From: Candidatus Iainarchaeum sp.
GTDB taxonomy: Archaea > Iainarchaeota > Iainarchaeia > Iainarchaeales > CSSED10-239
Assembly (NCBI GenBank): GCA_037441475.1
Contig: JBBISB010000001.1
Location: 547,465-579,464, forward strand
Direction of reading: 5' to 3'
Length of the DNA: 32,000 bases
Under the pieces are notes generated by a model, which worked only from the letters and a program-made list of their open reading frames with translations, did not search any database and had not been told where the DNA came from. The position numbers were made by a program, and so were the translations under genes. Positions 15,062 through 24,091 of the stretch are shown piece after piece (within the stretch, counting starts at the first letter, position 1; every line of letters starts with the position of its first letter).

Positions 15062-16264
15062 TTATTTCTTTTCTAAAATAAATTCTTTTGCCTTTTCAAT
15101 ATCCTGGTTATAAAGAATATCAAAAAACCTCTGATAATCAAAATCCTCTGATATGTTTGTCTGAGCAATCTGTTCAAAGAAAATACTTTTTGAAATTTCA
15201 AAAAGATTTCCTTTATTCTGTTCAATACTTTTAAGCCTTTCAACACTTTCCTTAAGCTTCTGTTCCTGAACCTTGTTTGAAAAGGAGATGTAAAAATAAT
15301 CTTGATATTTTTCTTCAATCTTTTTTAAATTAATGTCTTTTAAAAAATAACCTTTCAAAAGCTCTCCTTTAAACCTTACCCTTAAAAGAGGTTTTTTCTC
15401 TTCTTCTTTTTCTTTTACTTTTTCAATCTCTTCTGTTATCTTTTCAATTATTTTCTCAGGAGTTGTTTGTTTTAAATCAAGGTCTATATAGTAAACCTTT
15501 CTAGTGTTTCTAATAGCCTTAAAATCAAGATTATTTGTAGCAGTGTCTAAAACAAAGAACCCCTTTTCAGTATCAGCTTCAATCTTTTTATTCTGTGTTG
15601 AAACAGTTGAGCCTGGCATTATAAATCTTGTTTTTTCATCTATTTTTTCAACAACTCTCCAGTGAAGGTGTCCGTTTGCTATAATATCAAAGCCCTTAGG
15701 AAGATTACTCAAAGATAGCATCTCTTCATTTTCAAAAGGCAAGTATTCCTTAAAAGATTGATGTACTAAAAGAATATTATAATGTCCCTCTTTAGGTGTT
15801 GGCTTCCATTTCTCTAAAATATCTTTTGCAAATCTATCAGGAACACCGGAAAGTCCAAAGATAGTTATTTTTTTATTCTCTTTTTCAACAGTTATAGAGT
15901 CTGCATGTACAACTCTTAAAAAGTTCATAACCTCTAATAGTTCAACAGTTGATTTAAAGTCCTTTCCCCTATATTCATGGTTTCCAATAATTCCTATCAT
16001 TGGTATTTTTAGTTTTCTATTCTGTCTTGAAGAAAGATTTATTTTATTTTCAATATCTACGTTGTTAAGAACATGTATAGCCTCATAATAAACTTCATGA
16101 GAGGGGATGGTTTTATCAAACAAGTCTCCACAAGTAATTATTAAATCAACATTTTCTTCCTTAATCTGAAAAAAGGCCTCTGATAGCTGAAGAAAGGAAT
16201 CCATTTCAAGGTCTGTTCCAAAGTTAAGACCTAAATGCCAATCACTAAATATTGCTATCTTCAT
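15062..16264 (-). CDS. mre11: Mre11-type DNA double-strand-break repair nuclease (calcineurin-like metallophosphoesterase)
   Basis: Phosphoesterase motifs in order: FSDWHLG (I), CGDLFD (II), GNHE (III), LVHQ (IV), GHLHW (V). Length is 400 aa with a charged C-terminal region. Confidence 0.85.
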   Translation of the reverse strand: MKIAIFSDWHLGLNFGTDLEMDSFLQLSEAFFQIKEENVDLIITCGDLFDKTIPSHEVYYEAIHVLNNVDIENKINLSSRQNRKLKIPMIGIIGNHEYRGKDFKSTVELLEVMNFLRVVHADSITVEKENKKITIFGLSGVPDRFAKDILEKWKPTPKEGHYNILLVHQSFKEYLPFENEEMLSLSNLPKGFDIIANGHLHWRVVEKIDEKTRFIMPGSTVSTQNKKIEADTEKGFFVLDTATNNLDFKAIRNTRKVYYIDLDLKQTTPEKIIEKITEEIEKVKEKEEEKKPLLRVRFKGELLKGYFLKDINLKKIEEKYQDYFYISFSNKVQEQKLKESVERLKSIEQNKGNLFEISKSIFFEQIAQTNISEDFDYQRFFDILYNQDIEKAKEFILEKK

Positions 16265-16352
16265 TTTATATAACCTAATATTTATAAACTATTCTAAGTA
16301 TAAAATATATACTTATAAAACATTATTTATAGGTTTTGTAAATGTTTACAAG

Positions 16353-16423
16353 GCCTCGATGGCAGAACGGTCATGCATCCGCCTGCAGAGTGGAAGAATA
16401 GGGTTCGACTCCCTATCGAGGCT
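16353..16423 (+). tRNA. tRNA-Cys (anticodon GCA)
   Basis: Hand-folded cloverleaf. Acceptor GCCTCGA/TCGAGGC (7 bp); anticodon stem TCCGC/GTGGA with loop CTGCAGA; T-arm TAGGG-TTCGACT-CCCTA; discriminator U as expected for tRNA-Cys. No CCA is encoded. A TATA-like ATTTATAG lies about 25-30 nt upstream. Confidence 0.9.
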
Positions 16424-16460
16424 TGTTTTATATATAAAAAAATAAGGAGATTTTTAATAT

Positions 16461-16670
16461 ATGGTTGTAAAAAGAAGAAAACCTTTTGTTGCCGAAGGCA
16501 CACTTCCAAAAATATCTCAAGCAAAACAAATATCTATTAGCTCAGTAAAAACAAATTACAAGCACATTATAGCAGAAGTTGACAAAGTATATCCACATGG
16601 TCTTTCAAAAGTACAAAAAGAACATTTAAAGAAAATGTTTTTAGAAAACCCAAGAGTTTCTCCTAGTTAA
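16461..16670 (+). CDS. Hypothetical small basic protein, 69 aa
   Basis: ORF preceded by an AAGGAGAT SD-like motif about 10 nt upstream. I recognise no family. Confidence 0.4.
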   Translation: MVVKRRKPFVAEGTLPKISQAKQISISSVKTNYKHIIAEVDKVYPHGLSKVQKEHLKKMFLENPRVSPS

Positions 16671-16738
16671 GTTTTAAGAGATATGGGCTACTTATCAGGT
16701 GTAGGTAAAGGAAAAGAAATTCCTCCTAAAAAATAAAA

Positions 16739-18889
16739 TTAAACAGAAAGAAGATTTTTTAAAAGATCTCTTTCTTCTCTATACACACTATCCTTATACT
16801 CTAATTGTTCTTTATTAATAATTATTGCATTGATATTTGAATTTACAAAAGACTTAATATCAGCAGCTGTATTTTTAGAGTTAATCTCTGCGATTCTCAT
16901 AATCTTGTTTTCTTTACAAACCTTAATAACTTCTTTAACCTTTGTAAAATCAATATCTTCAAGGTTTAAGGTAAGATATTCAATTCCTCTTGAAAGATAC
17001 TCTAAGATAAGTCCTTCCTTTAAAGATTCAACTATTACTCCAAGCCTTGAGTCTGTGTTTTCTTTAATAGGGGTAATTTCGTCTGCTGATTTAATATTCT
17101 CTAAAAGAATATTTACCTTTCCTCCCATCTCAATAATTGCTTCAAGTTCATAGCTTGATACATTTTCTGTCATTAAGTTTCTTGTATGTGTGTTTATTTT
17201 ATAAAATATTTCCTTGCCTTCAAATATTTTTGTAATTTCTAGAAGTTTATTTTTTATGTTAGGCACCAATAGGTTAAGATTTTCAAGCATGCTTCCTTTC
17301 TCATAACTTGTAAACAGTGAGTCTATTGTTAAGACAATACCATCTATATCAGGAAGATTTATTTTTTTAATTTCATCTAAACCATTTATTCTAATATATG
17401 TTTTTGTAATTGTTTTAGGGTAAATTGGTTCCCTGTTTTGTGCTCTTTCAATAACAACTTCATTCTCTCTCTTTGTTTCAACAACTTGTTTTACCTTAGG
17501 AGGCGCCACATACCCTGAAACACTGTACACTTTACCGTTAAAACCATTAACTAAAACAGATTGTCCATCTCTTAATATTTCTGTAGCTCTTTCTGTATGC
17601 ACTACACAAGGAACATCATATTTTTTAGCAATCAAGGCAGCATGACAGATAGCACTTCCAGCATCAGTTACAATCCCTTTTGCTTTTCTTAAAACTTGTG
17701 ACATTTCAAGAGTTGTCATTTTAGTAACAAAGATTGTGTTTTCATCAATATTTTTAAGATCTTCTTTATCATTAACTATTTTTACTGTACCAATGGAGAT
17801 TCCACTAGACACTCCAATTCCTTCAAGAAGTAAACTTTTTTTATATGTGTCTAGTTTTTCTTGATAGGTGGTTGCATCTATTTTCTTTTTTTGTTTTATT
17901 TTCTTTAAATCAGGGTTAATTGGATTAACACTAACTATCATTATCTCTTCATTAGCATCTATTACCCAGTTAACTTCTAAAGCTGTGCCGTAGATAAGTT
18001 CAAGCTTGTTTGCTATCTGTGCAAGTTCATTTAAGTCTCTTTGATCTAACTTTTGTTTATCATTATCTTTTTGATCAACTGGTGCTTTGCTGGTTTTTCC
18101 AACAATTCTTTTAAGCATCCATTCTTGATTTGATTTTGTTTTTTTAATAATAGAGAATGTTTTCTTATGTATCTCATAATGATCAGGAGTTACTTCTTTA
18201 ATTAAGCTTTTTCCTCCAAACCCATATATTGCTTCTATTATTGCAACATCTTTCGAATCTTCTTTTGAGGTTATCATTATTCCTGATTTTTTACCAGGTA
18301 TCATTTTTTGAATAATTATTGATAAATGTATTTTATTTTCTTCAAAACCTTTTCTATATTTATATTCTAAAATTTCAGGAGAGTAAAGATCTGCCCAGCA
18401 TTCCTTTACGCTATTAAGTATCTCATCTCTTCCTTTAATATTTAAAAAACCAGTATGTCTTTCAATAAAGTCAAGTTCCTTTAAAGGGTATTCTTCACTT
18501 GACACTGAGGCTCTAATAGCTACAAACTCATCCACTTTTGTGTTCATGAAACCAACTTTAGCTTCTCCTATCTTAATATACATTTTTAGAACTTCTGAAG
18601 CAAAGTCTTCATCTATTTTCTGTTTTAAGAAAAGCTCTCTTATTTGGTTTGATTTATTTTGAATATCTTCTTTCTTTGTATAATCTATTGTTTCTAGAAT
18701 TTGGTTTATTTTTTCTCTAAGTTGGTTTTTTTGTATAAAGTTAAAGAAGTTTTTATAGTTTATGACAAAACCTCTAGGAAGCGGTAGGTTTGCTTTTGCA
18801 ATTTCTGAGAGTATATGTGCTTTATAACCCACTTCTAGGACCTCATGGTCTGATATTTCTTTTATCCATTTAATATTTGTTTCAAGCAT
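16739..18889 (-). CDS. PEP synthase / pyruvate,water dikinase-like protein (ATP-grasp PPDK_N, phosphohistidine swivel domain, divergent C-terminal barrel)
   Basis: N-terminal VGYKAHILSEI...LPLPRGFVI and ...VAIRASVS...ECWADLYSPE (PPDK_N). Swivel motif GIVTDAGSAICHAALIAKKYDVPCVV with the His retained. The C-terminal 225 aa keep only the outline of the PEP-utilizers_C domain (DIDGIVLTIDSLF in place of aDGvGLlRtEfl). Confidence 0.7.
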   Translation of the reverse strand: MLETNIKWIKEISDHEVLEVGYKAHILSEIAKANLPLPRGFVINYKNFFNFIQKNQLREKINQILETIDYTKKEDIQNKSNQIRELFLKQKIDEDFASEVLKMYIKIGEAKVGFMNTKVDEFVAIRASVSSEEYPLKELDFIERHTGFLNIKGRDEILNSVKECWADLYSPEILEYKYRKGFEENKIHLSIIIQKMIPGKKSGIMITSKEDSKDVAIIEAIYGFGGKSLIKEVTPDHYEIHKKTFSIIKKTKSNQEWMLKRIVGKTSKAPVDQKDNDKQKLDQRDLNELAQIANKLELIYGTALEVNWVIDANEEIMIVSVNPINPDLKKIKQKKKIDATTYQEKLDTYKKSLLLEGIGVSSGISIGTVKIVNDKEDLKNIDENTIFVTKMTTLEMSQVLRKAKGIVTDAGSAICHAALIAKKYDVPCVVHTERATEILRDGQSVLVNGFNGKVYSVSGYVAPPKVKQVVETKRENEVVIERAQNREPIYPKTITKTYIRINGLDEIKKINLPDIDGIVLTIDSLFTSYEKGSMLENLNLLVPNIKNKLLEITKIFEGKEIFYKINTHTRNLMTENVSSYELEAIIEMGGKVNILLENIKSADEITPIKENTDSRLGVIVESLKEGLILEYLSRGIEYLTLNLEDIDFTKVKEVIKVCKENKIMRIAEINSKNTAADIKSFVNSNINAIIINKEQLEYKDSVYREERDLLKNLLSV

Positions 18890-19134
18890 GTTTAATCATT
18901 TATTTGTGTGGTTTTTATCTAAATTATAAGTTTATCTATCATATATTTTATTTAGCTATGTTAATAGTAGATAGAAAACTATTTATTTGTTTTTCTTACA
19001 TATATAGTGGTAAATTGGTTTTTTTAGTTTGGATTTAGGTTTCTTTCTCGGCCAGCTACCCTACCAAAAAACATATATTCCTTTAATCTCATAATATTAT
19101 TGTTTAATAGAAAAATATAAAGTGTGATTAATAT

Positions 19135-20187
19135 ATGAAAAAAGGAAAGATAATGGATAAAGAAACTTATAATAATGAAGAGATGGATGAATCTTCTCTT
19201 GAAGATGACTTTATAGTCTCAAAAGAAGTAGACCCTATAAAAGAAAAAATTAAACCAAAGGATATTACTGATCTTCCTGGTATTGGTCCAACCTCTGCAG
19301 AAAAATTAAAAGCAGCTGGTTTTGATTCCTATGAAGCTATAGCTGTTGCCTCTCCAATGGAGCTTGTTGCTATTGCTGGTTTAGGGGAAGGGACTGCCAT
19401 TAAATGTATAAAAGCAGCAAGAGATTCTCTTGACATGGGCTTTGAAAGTGCTGATGTTCTTTTAGAAAAAAGAAAAATGATTGATAAGATATCTACTGGC
19501 TCTTCAAGTATTGATGAACTTTTAGCAGGTGGTATAGAGAGTCAATCGATAACAGAGGTATATGGAATGTTTGCTTCTGGTAAATCTCAATGGTGCTTTC
19601 AACTTTGTGTAATGGCTCAACTTCCTAAAGAAAAAGGTGGTCTTTCAGGTTCTGTTCTTTACATTGATACAGAAAACTCTTTCAGGCCAGAGAGAGTAAG
19701 CCAGATGGCAATAAATAAAGGTCTTAACCCAGATGAAGTTATGAAAAACATCTATGTTGCAAGAGCATATAACAGTGATCACCAAATGCTTTTAGCAGAA
19801 AAGGCAATTGATTTAATAAAGGAAAAAAACATTAAACTTTTAATAGTTGATTCCTTAACCAGTCAGTTCAGGTCTGAGTTTACAGGAAGAGGACAATTAT
19901 CAGATAGACAACAAAAATTAAATAAGCACATGAGACTTTTACAAAAGGTTGCTGAACTTTATAATGTAGTTGTCTTTGTAACAAACCAAGTAATGTCTAG
20001 ACCAGATGTTTTATTTGGGGACCCTACAGACGCTATTGGTGGTAATGTTGTAAAGCACGCGTCCAAGACAAGGATATACTTAAGAAAAAGTTCAGGTACA
20101 AAAAGAATTGCAAAATTAGTTGATTCTCCTTCTCTTCCAGATGGAGAGGTTGCATACAATGTTACTGAAAGAGGTATTGAAGATTAA
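19135..20187 (+). CDS. radA: DNA repair and recombination protein RadA
   Basis: HhH motif [18 protein letters not shown], Walker [10 protein letters not shown] and Walker [13 protein letters not shown], plus [24 protein letters not shown] lies at 19124..19128. It has an acidic N-terminal extension of about 45 aa; an internal start at M7 is possible. Confidence 0.95.
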   Translation: MKKGKIMDKETYNNEEMDESSLEDDFIVSKEVDPIKEKIKPKDITDLPGIGPTSAEKLKAAGFDSYEAIAVASPMELVAIAGLGEGTAIKCIKAARDSLDMGFESADVLLEKRKMIDKISTGSSSIDELLAGGIESQSITEVYGMFASGKSQWCFQLCVMAQLPKEKGGLSGSVLYIDTENSFRPERVSQMAINKGLNPDEVMKNIYVARAYNSDHQMLLAEKAIDLIKEKNIKLLIVDSLTSQFRSEFTGRGQLSDRQQKLNKHMRLLQKVAELYNVVVFVTNQVMSRPDVLFGDPTDAIGGNVVKHASKTRIYLRKSSGTKRIAKLVDSPSLPDGEVAYNVTERGIED

Positions 20188-20233
20188 ACCTTTTTCTTAT
20201 CACTTCTTCTTTTTAAAATAAAAAAAGTAAAAA

Positions 20234-20253
20234 AAGGTTTTTAAAAAAACCTT
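20234..20253. terminator. Short A/T-flanked hairpin (AAGGTTTTT aa AAAAACCTT) between radA and the convergent small membrane gene
   Basis: Read directly. The GG/CC-anchored stem of about 8-9 bp is followed by TTATTTT. Confidence 0.3.
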
Positions 20254-20256
20254 ATT

Positions 20257-20431
20257 TTATTTCATCTTATATACAAAATAGTAAACAATTGCTGTTATTA
20301 TGTTAAAGAAAACTGCACAAACTATCCATATAACTTGTGCCTGTTGATAGTCTTTTATTATTTTCTAAAACATCATAGATTACCCAGATTGCAAGTAATA
20401 CAGCTACTATCCATAATATTGTTGTAATCAT
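20257..20431 (-). pseudogene. Small two-TM membrane protein of PLD_N type (cardiolipin-synthase N-terminal-like), disrupted by a +1 frameshift at an A4 run
   Basis: Frame 1 gives MITTILWIVAVLLAIWVIYDVLENNKRLSTGTSYMDSLCSFL*. Shifting by one nt at AAAA (plus-strand TTTT 20353..20356) gives ...DVLENNKDYQQAQVIWIVCAVFFNIITAIVYYFVYKMK*. That restores the TM - DxL - loop - xxW - TM architecture. The span is 175 nt (3n+1). Confidence 0.45.
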
Positions 20432-20579
20432 ATTTTTTCATATCCCCCTTTATATCTTTTTGTAAATGTGCTTTGATTAAAGATATTAAATAAAAAACAT
20501 TATAAATAACTTGCCTTTTTAAATTCTTTTATATACCATATATATAAATGAAACTAAATTCATTTATTTGTGATTAAAT

Positions 20580-21350
20580 ATGATAAATTACTTACTTACC
20601 ATTAAAAACCTAAACGTTAGTGTTGAGGATAAAAAAATATTAAATAACTTTAATATTGATATTAAAAACCAAGAGATACATGCAATCATGGGTCCAAACG
20701 GTTCAGGAAAATCCACTCTAGCCTATACTCTAATGGGTCACCCTAAATACAATGTAATTTCAGGTAAAATCACTTTTAATAAAAAGAACTTATTTTCTCT
20801 TTCTGTTGATAAAAGAACAAAGGAAGGGATATTTTTATCTTTTCAAACACCTTTAGAGATATCTGGTCTTAATTATTTTTCTTTTTTAAAAAATTCTTTC
20901 AATTCCATGCATAAAGAAAAATTATCTCCTCTAAAGTTTAACACCTTAGTTAAAGAAAAAATGAAACTATTAAATATGCCAGAAAACTTTTTATCTCGTG
21001 ACCTAAACTCAGGTTTTTCAGGTGGAGAAAAGAAGAGAGCAGAGATTTTACAACTTATCTTAATGAACCCTAAGCTCGCTATCTTAGATGAAACAGATTC
21101 AGGGCTTGACATTGATTCCCTAAAATTAGTATGTAGTTCAGTTAATAATTTAAAGAAAGAAAATAAAGAATTTTCTGCAATAGTTATCACCCACTATAAA
21201 AAAATACTTGACTTTTTAAAACCTGATTTCGTGCATGTAATGTATGATGGCAGAATAATAAAAAGTGGAGATAAGTCTTTTGCAACATACATAGAAAAAA
21301 ATGGTTTTACAAAAATAATTGATGATTATAAAAAAAAGAATAATTTATGA
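20580..21350 (+). CDS. sufC: Fe-S cluster assembly ATPase SufC
   Basis: Walker A GPNGSGKST, ABC signature FSGGEKKRAEI and Walker B LAILDETDSGLD, with the SufC-typical MGHPKY. ATGA overlap with sufB. Confidence 0.9.
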   Translation: MINYLLTIKNLNVSVEDKKILNNFNIDIKNQEIHAIMGPNGSGKSTLAYTLMGHPKYNVISGKITFNKKNLFSLSVDKRTKEGIFLSFQTPLEISGLNYFSFLKNSFNSMHKEKLSPLKFNTLVKEKMKLLNMPENFLSRDLNSGFSGGEKKRAEILQLILMNPKLAILDETDSGLDIDSLKLVCSSVNNLKKENKEFSAIVITHYKKILDFLKPDFVHVMYDGRIIKSGDKSFATYIEKNGFTKIIDDYKKKNNL

Positions 21351-22792
21351 ACAGAAATAAACTTGATGGAAAAGCAAAACTTTCATCTTTAAAAAAAGCT
21401 AAAAAAGCTACAGAAATTGAAAAATATAATTTTTCCTATTCAACAAAGGATTATAAAATCAAGTTTAATAAAGGTCTTGATACTAATGTTATTAGAAAAA
21501 TATCTGCTATTAAAAGAGAACCTAAATGGATGCTTGACTTTCGTCTTAAGGCCTATAATGTCTTTAAAGAAAAAAAACTTCCTACCTGGGGAATAATGCC
21601 ATTAAATGAAATTGATTTTAAAAACATAACCTACTTTGCATCAGTTGGAAGTGATGAAAAAAAAAGCTGGAAGGATGTTCCGAAAAATGTTAAAAAAACA
21701 TTTGAAAGGATTGGTGTTCCAAAAGCAGAAAGAGATTTTCTTGCAGGTGTAGGTGCACAGTATGATTCAGAGGTAATCTACCACAAAACAAAAAAAGAAT
21801 TTGAAGATAAGGGTGTAGTTTTTCTATCAATGGATGAAGGCTTAAAACAATACCCTGACTTGGTTAAAAAATATTTTGGAACTGTTGTGCCAATTGAAGA
21901 TAATAAATTTTCTGCTCTTAACTCTGCTGTTTGGTCAGGAGGTTCCTTTGTGTATGTTCCAGAGGGCGTAAAGGTTGATACTCCTCTTCAAGCATACTTT
22001 AGAATTAATTCTGCTAATATGGGACAGTTTGAAAGAACATTGATTATCGCTGATAAAAACAGCAAAATCCATTATGTTGAAGGATGTACAGCCCCTAGGT
22101 TTTCCACTCAATCTCTTCATGCAGCAGTTGTAGAGGTTATAGCCTTAGAGGGTGCTAGTATAAGGTATACCACCATACAAAACTGGGCAAACAACATCTA
22201 TAACCTTGTTACAAAAAGAGCATTTGCTTACAAAGATGCAACCGTTGAATGGGTGGATGGTAACCTAGGCTCAAAATTAACAATGAAGTATCCTGCTATT
22301 CACTTAAAAGGAGAAAATGCAAGAGGAGAGGTTCTATCTATTGCCATAGCTTCTAAAAACCAAAAGCAAGATGCAGGTGCAAAGATTATTCATGAGGCAA
22401 ATAACACCACAGGAACAATAATTTCAAAATCAATATCAAAGGATGGTGGAGAATCATCTTACAGAGGTCTTGTTAAGATAAACAAGGGTTTAAAGAATAT
22501 TAAATCAAATGTAAGATGTGATGCCATATTAATTGATTCAAAAAGTAAAACTGATACATATCCTGTAATAATTGTAAACGAACCAACAGCAGAAGTTTCT
22601 CATGAAGCAACTGTTGGAAGGATAGGGGAAGAGCAGTTATTTTATTTAATGTCAAGAGGTATTGAAGAATCAAAGGCAATCACCTTAATTATTTTAGGTT
22701 TTATAAGTGAGTTTTCAAAACAACTTCCCTTGGAGTATGCAGTTGAGCTTAATAGGTTAATTGAGATGGAGTTTGAAAATTCAGTTGGTTAG
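21347..22792 (+). CDS. sufB: Fe-S cluster assembly scaffold SufB
   Basis: 481 aa with AVWSGGSFVYVPEGVKV, IHYVEGCTAP, TIQNWANNIYNLVTKRA and HEATVGRIGEEQLFYLMSRGI. Confidence 0.95.
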   Translation: MNRNKLDGKAKLSSLKKAKKATEIEKYNFSYSTKDYKIKFNKGLDTNVIRKISAIKREPKWMLDFRLKAYNVFKEKKLPTWGIMPLNEIDFKNITYFASVGSDEKKSWKDVPKNVKKTFERIGVPKAERDFLAGVGAQYDSEVIYHKTKKEFEDKGVVFLSMDEGLKQYPDLVKKYFGTVVPIEDNKFSALNSAVWSGGSFVYVPEGVKVDTPLQAYFRINSANMGQFERTLIIADKNSKIHYVEGCTAPRFSTQSLHAAVVEVIALEGASIRYTTIQNWANNIYNLVTKRAFAYKDATVEWVDGNLGSKLTMKYPAIHLKGENARGEVLSIAIASKNQKQDAGAKIIHEANNTTGTIISKSISKDGGESSYRGLVKINKGLKNIKSNVRCDAILIDSKSKTDTYPVIIVNEPTAEVSHEATVGRIGEEQLFYLMSRGIEESKAITLIILGFISEFSKQLPLEYAVELNRLIEMEFENSVG

Positions 22793-22802
22793 GTTTTTTA
22801 AT

Positions 22803-23681
22803 ATGCAAAGAATAGATCTTAAAAGTTATAAAGTAAAAGAAGTATCTAAATCTTTAGCTGTAAGCTTAAATAAATTTAATCTTTCTTCAAACAAAAATAC
22901 TGCTGTCTTTCTTTTTAACGGCTTCCTTCCCTCAGATATACTTTTAGATATCTCTTCAACTTCTAAAAAAATAATTTTAATTTTTTCAAACATTAAAAAT
23001 AAAAACTTTCTTGAAGTCTCTGACCTTTCAAAAATAAAAGAAAAAGAAATTATCTATATTTTTAAAAACTGCGCTGAACTCTTTTATTTAAAGGACTTTA
23101 AGGGAAAAAATCTTTCCTTTAACAATAAGGTTTTTTTAGATAATTCCACTATTAATTTTTCAAATGTTTTCTTTGATGTAACAAACCTTAATTTCTTACA
23201 GGAAAACAATTTATATAAAGACTCACAAATAAACCAAAACGATGTTTTACTTCTCTCTTCAAACCAGAAAAATAAAATAAACGTCATTAACAACCATCTA
23301 TACAAGGAAACAGTTTCAAACACCATAATAAAGAATGTTTTAAAAGAAAATTCTTTTTCAAGATATGACGGGATGATAAACATCATAGGTAAGGGAGATT
23401 TTTCAAAAGCCTATCTTGAAACAAACACTATGCTTCTTTCAAAAGATGCAACATCTATAAGCATACCAATGCTTGAGATTGTTCCAAAGAACATAAAGGC
23501 AACTCATGCTGCAACTGTTGAACATGTAACAGAAGAGCAACTTTTCTATCTTTCCTCAAGAGCTTTATCAAGAGAAGAGGCTTATAACCTAATGGTTTCT
23601 TCTTTCTTAAAAGCAAATCTTGAAAGTTTACCTGATACTTTTAAAGAGCACATAAATAAAAAAATAAAAGATAAGTTATGA
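22803..23681 (+). CDS. sufD: SufD-like Fe-S assembly protein (divergent)
   Basis: The C-terminal THAATVEHVTEEQLFYLSSRALSREEAYNLMVSSFL matches the SufB/D beta-helix C-terminus. Position is after sufB. I prefer ATG 22803 (MQRIDLK) to the track start 22761, which overlaps sufB by 32 nt. Confidence 0.7.
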   Translation: MQRIDLKSYKVKEVSKSLAVSLNKFNLSSNKNTAVFLFNGFLPSDILLDISSTSKKIILIFSNIKNKNFLEVSDLSKIKEKEIIYIFKNCAELFYLKDFKGKNLSFNNKVFLDNSTINFSNVFFDVTNLNFLQENNLYKDSQINQNDVLLLSSNQKNKINVINNHLYKETVSNTIIKNVLKENSFSRYDGMINIIGKGDFSKAYLETNTMLLSKDATSISIPMLEIVPKNIKATHAATVEHVTEEQLFYLSSRALSREEAYNLMVSSFLKANLESLPDTFKEHINKKIKDKL

Positions 23682-24091
23682 GTGATGACTACATTCCCTC
23701 TCAAATAATCTTAGACTACTATTCAGACCCTGTTAACTATGGCCCTTTATCAAAACCTGATATAAAGATAACTGGGCATAACAAAGGATGTACTGACACA
23801 GTTACCATTTATCTTCAGCTTAATAAAGATAAAATAAAAAAAATAACTTTCCAACATTCAGGTTGTGTTATCTCAAAAGCAGGTGGATGTATAGCCACAG
23901 AGGTTGTTATGGGTAAAACAATAAAAGAAGTTCTTTTGCTAAAACCAGAAACTATTATTGAAAATCTAGGTGGGGTCTTAAAAACCAGAGTAAGTTGTGC
24001 TTATCTTACTATAAACTTAATAAAAAAAGCACTTCTTGATTTTTCTAAAAATAAAAAAACTTTTCCTGTAACCTACGTCTTTGAAATTTAA
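23678..24091 (+). CDS. sufU: NifU/IscU-family Fe-S scaffold or sulfur acceptor (SufU-like)
   Basis: 137 aa with three conserved Cys contexts: GHNKGCTDTV, HSGCVISKAGG and RVSCAYL. ATGA overlap with sufD. Confidence 0.7.
   Translation: MSDDYIPSQIILDYYSDPVNYGPLSKPDIKITGHNKGCTDTVTIYLQLNKDKIKKITFQHSGCVISKAGGCIATEVVMGKTIKEVLLLKPETIIENLGGVLKTRVSCAYLTINLIKKALLDFSKNKKTFPVTYVFEI

Noticed and set aside
16461-16736. Possible readthrough extension of the 69-aa ORF (22 further sense codons after its TAA, ending at a second TAA)
   Set aside because: The open stretch is short enough to occur by chance, and no motif spans the stop. I treat it as coincidence.
19047-19065. GC-rich island CTCGGCCAGCTACCCTACC in the AT-rich radA upstream region, considered as a tRNA half or small RNA
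   Set aside because: I could not fold either strand into acceptor/D/anticodon or T-arm elements. There are no C/D-box (TGATGA/CTGA) motifs nearby, and only 4 bp of flanking complementarity (GGTA/TACC). It may be a regulator-binding site, but I cannot support any call.
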